Below are positions 9,542 through 20,884 of a DNA stretch of 64,000 nucleotides, piece by piece. The stretch's first letter is position 1; each line of letters starts with the position of its first letter. A program made the position numbers and the translations under genes. The notes under the pieces are model-generated. The model was not told the origin of the DNA and ran no database searches. It worked only from the letters and a program-made list of their open reading frames with translations. Source of the stretch: a virus; IMG/VR virus record IMGVR_UViG_3300033571_020726, positions 1-64,000 of that record. One strand, written 5' to 3'.

Positions 9542-11836
9542 ATGACTATTTTAAAAAATTTTAAAACAGCTGCTATTACACAGGTTGAACCTGCAGCAAC
9601 ATATGCTACAAGAGCTTTTTTATTAAATTCTTCAAATAATAAATTATTAATTGAAAGTCCTAATCAAGATTATTTATATATAAATAATCAGGCTTATGAT
9701 TATTTAACATTAGTTAATGATTGGCAAGCTGAACCTACAGTTATTAATAATTTAAGAATAAACTCGGATTCTTCTAGGCATTGGTTTGTTCCAGGGCGAG
9801 GAATGATCGCAACAGATAATTCTCATTTTCCTTTGTATCATTCATTACAACAAAGCCTTTTAATGACAACACGTCTTAGTATGTCAAAAAATTTAAATCC
9901 AATACCCGGCTTTTTGCCGGGTATTGCTTCATATTCACCTTCACCTACAAATCTGGAAGGATATTTTTATTCTCTTGATAAATCAACTTATTATAAAAAT
10001 GCTATTATTTCAAAACTTTTTTTAAATAGTAATGAATGCACATTAATCGATTGTTCTAGTCCTAATGTTTATAATGTGAACGGCGGATTTAAAGCATCTA
10101 ATTTTATACTTGCAAAAGGATATGAGTTATATAATAATATAAATACTTCTTCTATTGGAAAATCAACAAATGCAAGTCCTGATGTGTTTAATTCATATAT
10201 CCCTGTTGCGTATAATGAAACTTTGAAGAAAATATATTGCATTTTTGAAGCGTATACGAATAGCGGAACATCAGCAAATTCAGCAGTTTTATCAACTTCA
10301 CAATTGAAAGTGTTTAATTACGATTTCTTAAACGACGGTTCAGTATCGTTATCATTACAAACGACTACAAACTGGGGTTCTAGCTTAAATAATCAAGCGT
10401 ATATTTCAGGAAAAGACTTTTCATTAGCTGGATTAAATGTGCAGGGTGCTTTTAATAAATACGTAACATCAACAGCATATGGAACAAATCACTCATCGTA
10501 TATGGGAAAAGACAATACAGGCAATTTATACTTTTTATCAACATTTAATCATATGAGAACAACATGGAATTCTGCTGTAAACCCATCAGATTTTAATATT
10601 ATTGTAACAGGTATAAAAAGTGCATCAACAGACCCTGTTAATCCTACTTATGTTTTCGATACAGGGTCAGGTACAGGGTCAGGTGTTAGAATTAATAGAA
10701 CAGGTTGGTATGATACGAAAGCCGGGTCATGTTTCACATATTGTAATATTCCATCAAAATTTGAAAATTCACCATTATCTAATGAAAGTGATATATATTA
10801 TTCTTATATTCCAACTTTTGCTGATACTACAACAGCTTCAGGTGGTGTTAAATATACTTCAACTGATACAACAACATATTTCACACCGATTTTGGTAAAA
10901 TGGAATAAATCTGTAAATCCATTTGCTGCAGGCACAAACGCAATTACAATTAAAGATTGTAATATTGTATATGACGCAGGTGATCCTACAAAAAGCTGGT
11001 TTACATACGCTAATGTATATAATACTGCAACAGGTGCAAATATTCCTCTAAATTCTTCACATGTTAGAAGAAATAGTCAATGTTTTGTTACAAAATTAAA
11101 CAGTACATATTATTTAAACTTTATTCAATGTTTAGGATATAAAGGGTCTTATGATTTTGGATCAGGAAATAACTTAAAATATAGAATTGTTACTTATACA
11201 ATTGGAAATACAAGTTGGGAAAACTTAACTTTTCATAGCAGCTCACAATTAGATGATGATGTGTTAAGTTTCTTACCTATTGATGAAACATGGTTTACTA
11301 AAATTATGTGTCTTCATACTAATTCATTATGTTTTTATACTTTTTCAAGTGCTGGTTGGAATTTAAGTTATAAAGAAGTTGGATCATTTAGACAGGTAAC
11401 AAGAGATCAATTAAATAGAGTTTGGGCGTATTCTGTTTCAAATGATGATATTCTCGATACAAATGTATCAAGTTATGTAACTGCTGGGACAGGTTATGGA
11501 GCTACAGATGCGCAAGCAGAATTTAATGTTTCATTACATCTAATATCGGAATCTTTAAATAATGTAATTCAAGTTCGCTTCGAAGAAAATACTCAAAATT
11601 ATACAGGCGTTGATATTAACAGTAATGTTTATGTTTCAGTATTTGATGAAAATGGAGTAAGAATTGCTGCAAATGTTCAATTAACTTTGGAAGGTGCAAA
11701 TACATTATTCGTATTACAAAATAATTCAACAACATACACAACAAATGTTACGACATTACAAGCTAGTGATTTAGCTGTGCCTATTAAAATTGTTGGACCA
11801 GGATATGCCAACGTTTATGCAAACGTCATTTTTTAA
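9542..11836 (+). CDS. Virion structural protein, beta-propeller-like with C-terminal Ig-like domain (paralog 1 of 3)
   Basis: Blade-like motifs YMGKDNTGNLYFL and QVTRDQLNRVWA; C-terminal beta-sandwich-like region; similarity to 11899 and 15486. Confidence 0.5.
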   Translation: MTILKNFKTAAITQVEPAATYATRAFLLNSSNNKLLIESPNQDYLYINNQAYDYLTLVNDWQAEPTVINNLRINSDSSRHWFVPGRGMIATDNSHFPLYHSLQQSLLMTTRLSMSKNLNPIPGFLPGIASYSPSPTNLEGYFYSLDKSTYYKNAIISKLFLNSNECTLIDCSSPNVYNVNGGFKASNFILAKGYELYNNINTSSIGKSTNASPDVFNSYIPVAYNETLKKIYCIFEAYTNSGTSANSAVLSTSQLKVFNYDFLNDGSVSLSLQTTTNWGSSLNNQAYISGKDFSLAGLNVQGAFNKYVTSTAYGTNHSSYMGKDNTGNLYFLSTFNHMRTTWNSAVNPSDFNIIVTGIKSASTDPVNPTYVFDTGSGTGSGVRINRTGWYDTKAGSCFTYCNIPSKFENSPLSNESDIYYSYIPTFADTTTASGGVKYTSTDTTTYFTPILVKWNKSVNPFAAGTNAITIKDCNIVYDAGDPTKSWFTYANVYNTATGANIPLNSSHVRRNSQCFVTKLNSTYYLNFIQCLGYKGSYDFGSGNNLKYRIVTYTIGNTSWENLTFHSSSQLDDDVLSFLPIDETWFTKIMCLHTNSLCFYTFSSAGWNLSYKEVGSFRQVTRDQLNRVWAYSVSNDDILDTNVSSYVTAGTGYGATDAQAEFNVSLHLISESLNNVIQVRFEENTQNYTGVDINSNVYVSVFDENGVRIAANVQLTLEGANTLFVLQNNSTTYTTNVTTLQASDLAVPIKIVGPGYANVYANVIF
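9900..9926. repeat. Perfect 11-bp GC-rich inverted repeat inside a CDS
   Basis: caatacccggc-ttttt-gccgggtattg. Confidence 0.9.
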
Positions 11837-11898
11837 TTTTAATCATAATATTAATTTTTCTATAATTAGTTATAAGATATTTCAATTAAGAGAAAATT

Positions 11899-14739
11899 AT
11901 GACAAAAATAAAAGAATCTGAATTCGTTTTTCAAAATCTAGGTTTATATAATCAACAAAATTATTATCTATATACAAATAGTCCTATTGCTTTTGATGGT
12001 GCATCACCTGGGTTTTTATTTATAAATAATGAAAGAATATTGTCAAATATTATGGTAGAAAATCCTAGTTCAACAAAAAATGAATTAATTTTTGCAAAAA
12101 ATGATATTCGTGATAAAGATTCACTTATATATAAACATTCACAAAAATTTTTAGGATTTAATTTTACAAAAAAGATATTTTCAACAAGCACAACATCTTT
12201 AAATTATTTAGCTGATGAATGGTCAAGATTTAATGCAATATTTTCAAATAAATTATTAACGACGCGATTATCAACAAGCAAATCAAATGTGATGTTTAAA
12301 AGATATTATAATAATGTAAAAAGTATGACAGACATGTCATCAGGTAGTACAGACGCCTTATCAGAATATAGAGCAATGGAAGTAAATAGAGACATGACAT
12401 GTGATAATCATTATCTTTTTTCATTGGATTCTTCTTATAAATCTGCTGGTTTATTGTCTGTTTTAAATGATATTAATAATTCACAGAAATATATATTATT
12501 TACAGACGCTTCATGTTCTCAAGGTGTATGGAGTGACTTCCCACAGTACAATTTTCAAAGTTTATTTATATATAAAGACGATGATATTAATATTGAAACT
12601 TATTCATCAACATTCGTAGATAATGTTAAAAATACAGGTGATATTTTAAAAAATACATTATCAACAACAAATGCTATTCCAAATAATCAATTAACATATT
12701 TATTTACAGATTTTACGAATAGATCAATATACTTTTTAAAGACATCGCAGTTTAAATCATCTGGCGCTTTAAAGGCTTATAGACATTTTACATTTACAAC
12801 AATTCTTAAAGCAACCTGGGGTGTTAATGAAACTATTTTAAATGCAAAATTTGCAGCAAATACAATACAAAATTTTGAAAATATAACAACGACAGCGAAT
12901 TTTTTGGCATCTAGCTTTGGGGTTTTAGGTCAAGCAGGTTCAACAGCTGACGCTCGTTATTTTACAAAATATCTAGGATATATGGGTCAAGACTTTACAG
13001 GACAAAATTACTTTTTATATATTAATGAAGGCGTAACAAGAGACGCAAGTGCAGTATCAACAAATATTGAAAATGCAGTTTCTAATATTGAAACTATTTT
13101 AAAAAACTCATGGACAACAGCAATTATAAAAGAAAATCCATCAAATAGCACTACAACAAATCTTAAAAATATTAATTATACATACGTATCTCAATATTAT
13201 GAAATAGGAAATACAAATCGAAATATAACAATTACATCTACAACATCAGTTGCATTAACATTAAATAAAAATAATACATTTAATTTAACAACTGCTAATG
13301 TCACTTATTATGCGCCTGTAAACCCTGCTAATAATGATATTTTTAGAGTACAACATTTAGGTTCTGCAGGTTCATTTAGAGTAAATATCTCTGCAACAAA
13401 TTCAACAAATTTAGTACCATTAACAACAACAGCGTCAGTAATAAAAACTTATTATTTTAAATATAATTCATCGAATACAACTTGGGAATTACAGACAGAT
13501 TTAGGTTATTTTCCAATACCTGGAACTCATTTATGGAATGAACCTAGAACAGGTTTAGTTTCAACATATTTACCTGTTCCTTCAAAAGCAATTGTAAGTC
13601 CTAATAATTCAAATATATATTACTTTTATGCACCTGCATATACAAATACTGACTTTTCATCATCAAAAGTAAATGCAAATTTATCAATATATACACCTGT
13701 TTTATATACTTGGGATAAATCATTAACTACATCTGATGCTATTACAATTTTTGATACTAATATTACATATCCTGACTCGAATACATGGTTAACATATGCA
13801 AATACGCATACAGAGGGATACAATAAAGGTACAGGATATGCTGATGGTACTGAATTTTTTTATAATCATGAAACAGTAGATAAAAGCAGAGAATCACATG
13901 ATAATTCACAATTATATAAATTTTTTCATCATAATTTCATTACAAAAGTAGGAAATCGTTATTTTTTAAATCATTGTATTTTTTATGGGACAGATCATAA
14001 TGCTAATATTTTAGTAGATAATTCAAATAATGATTTAAGTACATTACAAAAAGAAAAATGTAGAAAAATTATTACATATGAAATAGATACATCTAATTGG
14101 CGTAATTTAACTTATCATAGTGTTTTTGGGTTTATTGATACTCAAATTGGGTTTTTGCCATTAGATGAGACAAATTTTACAAAAATTCTAATAAATCAGA
14201 AAAATTCTGTAAGTATTTTAGATTTTGACGTAACAATAGGTTGGTCATTATCAGCATTATATGATGGTAATTTTATACAGATTTCACGTGATAGTAATGA
14301 TGTAATTTGGGCAGTTAAATGTAATATTAATTTGTCTGAAAAATTATATGGTAATTTGTTAACAAATTTGGTTTCACAAAAGGTTATATTTGAATTGCAT
14401 AAATTATCAGAAATAGATACAGGCAATTTATTGAATATATCATATAGAGTTGAGTTGAATGAAGAAAATAACGAAAATATATTTTATCAATCATTGATTG
14501 ATAATAATGCAAATTCAATTATTAAAAATTTAAAATTATCTGTTTATGATATTAATAATGATAGACAAAATGTGCAAGTTAATTTACAAATTCAAAATGG
14601 TAATGGTAAAGTTTTATTTAATGATAATGGATTAGATTATATTTCTGTAATTTCTGAACAGACTAGCGATGTAAATATTGAACTTTTAATACAAGAATCA
14701 CAACAATTTCATATTGTTGCTAGTATTAATATAGTATAA
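11899..14739 (+). CDS. Virion structural protein, beta-propeller-like (paralog 2 of 3)
   Basis: YMGQDFTGQNYFL, QISRDSNDVIWA, HNFITK..NRYFLNHCIFYGT..TYEID.SNWRNLTY shared with 15486. Confidence 0.5.
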   Translation: MTKIKESEFVFQNLGLYNQQNYYLYTNSPIAFDGASPGFLFINNERILSNIMVENPSSTKNELIFAKNDIRDKDSLIYKHSQKFLGFNFTKKIFSTSTTSLNYLADEWSRFNAIFSNKLLTTRLSTSKSNVMFKRYYNNVKSMTDMSSGSTDALSEYRAMEVNRDMTCDNHYLFSLDSSYKSAGLLSVLNDINNSQKYILFTDASCSQGVWSDFPQYNFQSLFIYKDDDINIETYSSTFVDNVKNTGDILKNTLSTTNAIPNNQLTYLFTDFTNRSIYFLKTSQFKSSGALKAYRHFTFTTILKATWGVNETILNAKFAANTIQNFENITTTANFLASSFGVLGQAGSTADARYFTKYLGYMGQDFTGQNYFLYINEGVTRDASAVSTNIENAVSNIETILKNSWTTAIIKENPSNSTTTNLKNINYTYVSQYYEIGNTNRNITITSTTSVALTLNKNNTFNLTTANVTYYAPVNPANNDIFRVQHLGSAGSFRVNISATNSTNLVPLTTTASVIKTYYFKYNSSNTTWELQTDLGYFPIPGTHLWNEPRTGLVSTYLPVPSKAIVSPNNSNIYYFYAPAYTNTDFSSSKVNANLSIYTPVLYTWDKSLTTSDAITIFDTNITYPDSNTWLTYANTHTEGYNKGTGYADGTEFFYNHETVDKSRESHDNSQLYKFFHHNFITKVGNRYFLNHCIFYGTDHNANILVDNSNNDLSTLQKEKCRKIITYEIDTSNWRNLTYHSVFGFIDTQIGFLPLDETNFTKILINQKNSVSILDFDVTIGWSLSALYDGNFIQISRDSNDVIWAVKCNINLSEKLYGNLLTNLVSQKVIFELHKLSEIDTGNLLNISYRVELNEENNENIFYQSLIDNNANSIIKNLKLSVYDINNDRQNVQVNLQIQNGNGKVLFNDNGLDYISVISEQTSDVNIELLIQESQQFHIVASINIV

Positions 14740-14791
14740 GAATTTTTTTATATTTAATATTAATACTATAAAAAGCGGGTTATATTAAAAG

Positions 14792-15433
14792 ATGTTAACA
14801 AATTTACCTTTTAAATATTTTCAAGTTAAAAATACAACACAATTTGAAGTTAAAGATGGAAAAATTTTTCGAAAGAAAGAAAAATATCATCAAATAAGTC
14901 AACAATTTCAAACGAATAACAAAGATTTTTTACGTGTATCAAATGCAACGAATATTAATAATGTAACTTTCGAAAACGATGTTTATTCAATAAATTTTGA
15001 AAAAACAAATACATCATATGATAATTTAAATGTTATAGATGAAACAACAAATATAAGTAACAATAATTTTATAGAACAACAACATATAATAAAAGTATTA
15101 GATTTTATATCAACAAAAGATATACCTGTTTCGTTACAAAATAATGATGTTTTTGACGTCGATATTACTAATTTTAGTATCGATACGATAATTGTTCCTA
15201 TAATAGATAATTCGCAAGTACAATCGTCTATTAATCAATATAAAAATGTTGGAAATACTATTGTAAAATCTGACTATTTATATGTACATGATAAAACAGA
15301 CAGCCTATATTTAAAGGTCGTAAATAATGGCAGCGACAGTTATGTTATTAATGAAAAAGTAATAGTTACGAATGATAGTGGAAATGGTGGAAATAACCAA
15401 TCAGGCGGACAATATAAAGAATTTTGGGCATAA
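14792..15433 (+). CDS. Hypothetical protein in the fibre cassette
   Basis: 213-aa ORF, same strand, gcgggt RBS-like site, Gly-rich linker before C-terminal EFWA. Confidence 0.55.
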   Translation: MLTNLPFKYFQVKNTTQFEVKDGKIFRKKEKYHQISQQFQTNNKDFLRVSNATNINNVTFENDVYSINFEKTNTSYDNLNVIDETTNISNNNFIEQQHIIKVLDFISTKDIPVSLQNNDVFDVDITNFSIDTIIVPIIDNSQVQSSINQYKNVGNTIVKSDYLYVHDKTDSLYLKVVNNGSDSYVINEKVIVTNDSGNGGNNQSGGQYKEFWA

Positions 15434-15485
15434 AATATATTTCCAAAATAATATTTAAAATACAAATGAAAGAATTTAAATAAAT

Positions 15486-18400
15486 ATGTCAATAAGTAAT
15501 TTAATAAAAATAGATGATTTTGAGTTTTTACTTGCTAATCGAACAGCTTCTATTGATACAACAATTGTAAATGCAAGCGCAGGACCATTATTTTTTAATG
15601 AAACGAATCTATTAGGAAATATATTAATTGAAAATCCTGGGAATAATGAACTATTTATTTCTAGAAATACAAAAATTTCTAAAAAAGATAAAACTTTCTC
15701 AAATATAATAAAAACAGTAGATTCTTGTAAATTTTTAAATTATAAAAAAAGTTTTTCTTCTCTTCAAAATTTAATATATAATTTTGTAGGTTACCCAGAT
15801 TTATTTAATTTATCTAGCAACATTTTTTCTAATAAATTATTAACTAACGGGAAATCAATTAATAAAATTTCAACATATGGTATATCATATAATAATGATG
15901 CGACATACGGAACATATTATCAAAAGAATTCAAATGCAGATTATTCTCATCTATTTTGTCTTGATAAAAATATTTCAAAGCAATTAGGTTTATTAAATAT
16001 TATTGAAAATCCGAATACATCTCAAAAATATATACTTTTTAATGAACAATCATCAAATATGTCAAGAGGTATTACAACCTGGAATACTGGTTTAACAATT
16101 AATACTCATGCAGATAATGCACTTATTTTATATAAAGGTTCAAATATTAATATCGATGCTAGCAATTCTCAATTGACAAAAGTTGTTCCAATTGAATCAA
16201 ATCACTATTTTGTTGCAGGAAATACACAATATATTAATACAAATATCATGACATCTACAAACCCTGATACTGTTACAACTGCAGCTGGTTTATCTTCAAC
16301 AATATCACAATCTAGAAAAATAACATATACTGGTGCAACATTAAACAAAGAATTCCAATTAAATGTTGGGTTAACAGGGGGTTGCAAAATTTTATTTGAG
16401 TTAGCAGAATCAGCGTCAGGTTCTTTTTTTGTAACATATAATTCTGTAAGATTATGTGATACTATTACTTCATCTTCATCAACAAAGATAGTTTTACTTG
16501 AATTTGCAAATGGAGGTTGGTATAATATTACAAATCTTTATAAAGATGCTACAACAAATCCTGTTAATGAAGTAAATACTTTATTGTTTTCAAATCTTAG
16601 TTATATTTCAACAGATTTTATAAATAAAAAAATAATCTGTATTAAGCATGATATGCCAAGTACAAGAGGTATTTCAGGGCAAACAAGAGTTTTATCACCG
16701 TCATATACATCAGAAATAGACGATTTATCATTATGGAATAATAATTATAATACACCTGTTAATTTATATTTTAATACAGATTTATTTTCTGATGTTAAAA
16801 TACCTTATAATACTGTTTTAGCAGGTGACGCAGATAGTCAACGTGTTCAAAAATTTGGAAATTCAAATATTATGCAACAACGAATAGGCGATGGATTATT
16901 AGGATATGCTAGGACTGATTCTAGGGTAGGAATTAATTATATGGGTTATTTAGGGCAGGATAATTTAGATCAACATTACTATTTAAATGTTTCAAATTCA
17001 TGTCTTAAATCAGGAACACCTACGACAGATATTAAAAAATATTTTTCAACAAATATTATTAGAGATTTTAATAAATCTTTAAATTTTAAATCTATATATC
17101 CTGTTAATCCCACGACAACGATAGTGAATAAAACGATAACAACTACATCAGACAATTACGTAATGACAATAAGTTCATCTAATATTACAGAATATAATAT
17201 TACAAATGCAGGGTCAACAAATTTTATGTGGGTTGCAATTGAACAAAACTTTGCATCATCTGATATTGGTAAAATCATTAGAATTAATTTAACAAAAACT
17301 GTAGGTAATCATAATAGTTTTGGAATAATGTTTAATCCTGATTTAAATATTAGATTTGATAATTTTGTAATGTCAATGACATCAAGTGGATATGATTTCT
17401 ATAATACTTCAGGCGACAATAAACAAATATATCCATATCAACATGTAACAATTGATACTATTCAAAATTATCATGGTATATTATTAGGTTTAGGTACTTA
17501 TTCATTCGAGTTGATTGTTACAGGTGTAAATCAAGCTGATATATATAATATGAATAATGTTAGTAATTGCATTAATTTAAATTATAATTGTTTACAAACA
17601 TATGATGATCCTAATATTATAGGCACAACAACAACATTAACAGCAACATCGCAATTATCATCTGTTTGGAAAAATTATACATATTCATTAAGTAATGCAG
17701 GATTTATATATTATCCACCTCTAAGCCCAAAAATTGGTGATAAATTTAAAGTATCTCATATATCAGGCACAGGATCTTTTAAAGTTCAATATAGAAATAT
17801 TACAAATACAACACAAACATTTGATTTAACGCCGCTAATTAATTCATCTTCTGCACAAAAAAGTTATGTTTTTGAGTGGAGAGGAAGTCGTTGGAGAGAA
17901 GTAATAGATATAAATGATATTCCAGGCAATAATTGGGCAAATTCTGATTTTAAAACAATTAAAAATTGGACAAATTCGACATGTGGTAATAGTATGGTAT
18001 ATTTTAATGTGCCAAGTAAAGTTGAGCTTAATCCAATTGTTACAAATTTATATCATTTTTATGTTCCAGCATATTCGACAGGAAATACCACACATGACTT
18101 TTTAAAAACAACAAATTATTTTTCACCGATTGTATATAATTGGAATAAATCTATTTACGATACAAATCAATTTGAATTATTGGATTGCAATATTACATAT
18201 CCTATAGGAACTGATTGGTTTACATACGGGTGTTTACATGATGAAATTTATAGTTCAAAAACAAATATAACTGGCACAAATTTCGTTTTATCAACAACAC
18301 CTGAACATGATAATGGCCAATTATATAAATACATGAATCATAATTTTATTACAAAAATCGAAAATAGATATTTTTTAAATCATTGCATTTTTTATGGTAC

Positions 18401-19139
18401 AAATCGTAATGCAGATTTATTAGTAGATAATTCTTCATTAACATCTACACAAAAAACAAAATGTCGTAGAATCGTAACATATGAAATAGATATATCTAAT
18501 TGGCGTAATTTAACATATCAAAGTTATTATGAGTTTAATGAAACACAAATTGGATTTTTATCATTAGACGAAGATAATTTCACAAAAATATTAGTAAACC
18601 TAAAAAATTCAATTCAAATTTTAAATGGAAGAATAAATAGTTCAAATAATTTTGAATGGATTTTAAAGCAAAAAGATGCTGGAAACTTTGTTCAAATAGC
18701 ACTTGATAATCAAAAAAATATTTGGGCATGTACATGTAATATTGATCTTGATAAATCATTTATAAATGATTGGACAACATCTTCTTTTAATAATTGGACG
18801 CAGCCTATAGTATTTTCTTTATATAGAATAATAGATAATTCGATGCATATAAAAAAATATAGAATGGTTGTTAATTCTTCATTAAATTTTCAATATTCAT
18901 ATAATGGAACAGAATTAATTGATACAATTACAGTTGATATTTTTGATGAAGAAAATGAAAAAGTTAATAATATCAATTACTCTTTATATTTAAATGAAGG
19001 CGTTGATAATATAACATTTGAAAACGATTTAAGATATATTGATAGTGAAAATTATTTAGGTTCAACAAATACACATTATTTAAAAATAAATTCGAGTGGT
19101 TATATAAAATTAATTGGAAAAATTTTAATAGCTGAGTGA
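15486..19139 (+). CDS. Virion structural protein, beta-propeller-like (paralog 3 of 3)
   Basis: YLGQDNLDQHYYL, QIALDNQKNIWA and conserved C-terminal block; extra inserted modules relative to paralogs. Confidence 0.5.
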   Translation: MSISNLIKIDDFEFLLANRTASIDTTIVNASAGPLFFNETNLLGNILIENPGNNELFISRNTKISKKDKTFSNIIKTVDSCKFLNYKKSFSSLQNLIYNFVGYPDLFNLSSNIFSNKLLTNGKSINKISTYGISYNNDATYGTYYQKNSNADYSHLFCLDKNISKQLGLLNIIENPNTSQKYILFNEQSSNMSRGITTWNTGLTINTHADNALILYKGSNINIDASNSQLTKVVPIESNHYFVAGNTQYINTNIMTSTNPDTVTTAAGLSSTISQSRKITYTGATLNKEFQLNVGLTGGCKILFELAESASGSFFVTYNSVRLCDTITSSSSTKIVLLEFANGGWYNITNLYKDATTNPVNEVNTLLFSNLSYISTDFINKKIICIKHDMPSTRGISGQTRVLSPSYTSEIDDLSLWNNNYNTPVNLYFNTDLFSDVKIPYNTVLAGDADSQRVQKFGNSNIMQQRIGDGLLGYARTDSRVGINYMGYLGQDNLDQHYYLNVSNSCLKSGTPTTDIKKYFSTNIIRDFNKSLNFKSIYPVNPTTTIVNKTITTTSDNYVMTISSSNITEYNITNAGSTNFMWVAIEQNFASSDIGKIIRINLTKTVGNHNSFGIMFNPDLNIRFDNFVMSMTSSGYDFYNTSGDNKQIYPYQHVTIDTIQNYHGILLGLGTYSFELIVTGVNQADIYNMNNVSNCINLNYNCLQTYDDPNIIGTTTTLTATSQLSSVWKNYTYSLSNAGFIYYPPLSPKIGDKFKVSHISGTGSFKVQYRNITNTTQTFDLTPLINSSSAQKSYVFEWRGSRWREVIDINDIPGNNWANSDFKTIKNWTNSTCGNSMVYFNVPSKVELNPIVTNLYHFYVPAYSTGNTTHDFLKTTNYFSPIVYNWNKSIYDTNQFELLDCNITYPIGTDWFTYGCLHDEIYSSKTNITGTNFVLSTTPEHDNGQLYKYMNHNFITKIENRYFLNHCIFYGTNRNADLLVDNSSLTSTQKTKCRRIVTYEIDISNWRNLTYQSYYEFNETQIGFLSLDEDNFTKILVNLKNSIQILNGRINSSNNFEWILKQKDAGNFVQIALDNQKNIWACTCNIDLDKSFINDWTTSSFNNWTQPIVFSLYRIIDNSMHIKKYRMVVNSSLNFQYSYNGTELIDTITVDIFDEENEKVNNINYSLYLNEGVDNITFENDLRYIDSENYLGSTNTHYLKINSSGYIKLIGKILIAE

Positions 19140-19185
19140 TAAAATAAATATATTTAAATATTATAAAACAGGATTAACATATTAA

Positions 19186-20838
19186 ATGACAATTAGAAAA
19201 AGAATAACGCCGAGTATGTATAATATTCAGGATTTAGGGGCGCCTAATGATAAATTTGAAAATATTTATACACAAAATATATTTGTTGATAATATTGAAG
19301 TAAATAATCAAATAGTCGATGGATTAACAGTTAATACCTTAACAATTAATCAGATAATTGATGGTAATCAAACGCCTACTATATTTGATATTATTTCAAA
19401 TAAAACGCATAAATTCGATGTAGATAAAAACATAGTATTACAAGGCGCAATTTCTGGTAATATTACAACAGATTTTGAAGATAATCAAATTGTTATCGAT
19501 ACATTTATGAATTTACAAACATTAAGTGCATCAATAGGTCAAGTTTTAGGTCAAGCTTTAAATCAAGATTTAATAAATTTAAATAAATTTAATTCATTAA
19601 TCACAAATTTAGGTTTTCAACAATTACAAAATTTAAATGACAATTTAATTTTAGATCTTTCAAATTCTGTAAATAATACATTAGGTAAAATAATTTACGA
19701 CAATCAACAATCTATATTAAATAAAGTTGATAATACTAATATCGGCGTTGCAGGAGGCGTTGCGTCGCTTGATGAGTCAGGCAAAATACCTGAATCGCAA
19801 TTACCTGCGATTGCTGTTACAGATACATTTGTCGTTGCAGATAATATTGAACGTGATGCACTTGAAATACAACAAGGAGATTTTGTAATTGTTACTGACG
19901 ATAATAAAACATATGTCTGGAGTGGTGTTGATTGGGTTGAAATTAAAACAGGTCTAAATCAAAATTTAAATGTTTCTGCAAATCAAATATTATATACAAC
20001 AACAGGTCAAGATTTTGCAGGTAATAATTCTTTTTTATTTAAAAATTATGATGAAACAGGATTGCCTGATAAAACATTAGTTATAGGTGGCGACCCAAAT
20101 TATAATACAACAGTTAAAACAAGTATTGTAACTGCTGATTCATATAATGGAACTTATAGTGGTTTAACAATGCAAAATAAATCAACAGGTTCTTTAGCAT
20201 CTGTTAATTTATATTTAAAAAACGAAGGAAATAGCGAAACGTCTGATTATTCAGTATTAGGATTAGGTGGTAAATCTTATCAGTCAGGTTCAGATTATTT
20301 AAGTGAAAAATCTAAGACATTATATCTTGGCAATTCTAATGGAGATATTACCATTATGCCTAATTTTCTTGCAGATACTGATGGCGGTTCAGTTCATCTG
20401 ACATATGAAAATGGTATAAAAGCAATATCTGTAACAAATTCAGGCGCACTATCAACACAAACAACTTTCGATATTAATACACAGGAATATCAATATCAAA
20501 CAGGCAATGAAGGTGATATTTTGGTATCAGGAGGCGCAAACGTAAATGTTTCGTGGTTATCAAAAGATACATTATTAAATCAAATTAACTGGTTAAATGA
20601 AACATTTACATTTAATAATATTCAATTAGAAAATGGATCTCAATATATTACTGTAATAAATTCAATTAAAAAATTAAATAATATTCCTCAAGTAAAAATA
20701 TTATTGAATGGTATAGAATTAAATGACGCAGAATATTCCGTCGCACTTCTCCCAGCAAATAGAATTAATTTTAATCTAATAGAAGGTATTATAGAAAATG
20801 GTGATATTATTAAAGTCTGGTATATAAAAAATTCTTAA
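19186..20838 (+). CDS. Tail fibre-like protein
   Basis: GVAGGVASLDESGKIPESQLPAIAVTDTFVV..QQGD..TYVWSG.DW, a common phage fibre module; C-terminal LNG..L...EY...ENGD.I domain. Confidence 0.7.
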   Translation: MTIRKRITPSMYNIQDLGAPNDKFENIYTQNIFVDNIEVNNQIVDGLTVNTLTINQIIDGNQTPTIFDIISNKTHKFDVDKNIVLQGAISGNITTDFEDNQIVIDTFMNLQTLSASIGQVLGQALNQDLINLNKFNSLITNLGFQQLQNLNDNLILDLSNSVNNTLGKIIYDNQQSILNKVDNTNIGVAGGVASLDESGKIPESQLPAIAVTDTFVVADNIERDALEIQQGDFVIVTDDNKTYVWSGVDWVEIKTGLNQNLNVSANQILYTTTGQDFAGNNSFLFKNYDETGLPDKTLVIGGDPNYNTTVKTSIVTADSYNGTYSGLTMQNKSTGSLASVNLYLKNEGNSETSDYSVLGLGGKSYQSGSDYLSEKSKTLYLGNSNGDITIMPNFLADTDGGSVHLTYENGIKAISVTNSGALSTQTTFDINTQEYQYQTGNEGDILVSGGANVNVSWLSKDTLLNQINWLNETFTFNNIQLENGSQYITVINSIKKLNNIPQVKILLNGIELNDAEYSVALLPANRINFNLIEGIIENGDIIKVWYIKNS

Positions 20839-20884
20839 TAACATATATATAATAATTAAAATAATATTATAAGGAAATGAAATT

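Noticed and set aside
10661-10684. 12-nt tandem duplication acagggtcaggt x2
   Set aside because: Simple TGSG linker duplication with no further copies
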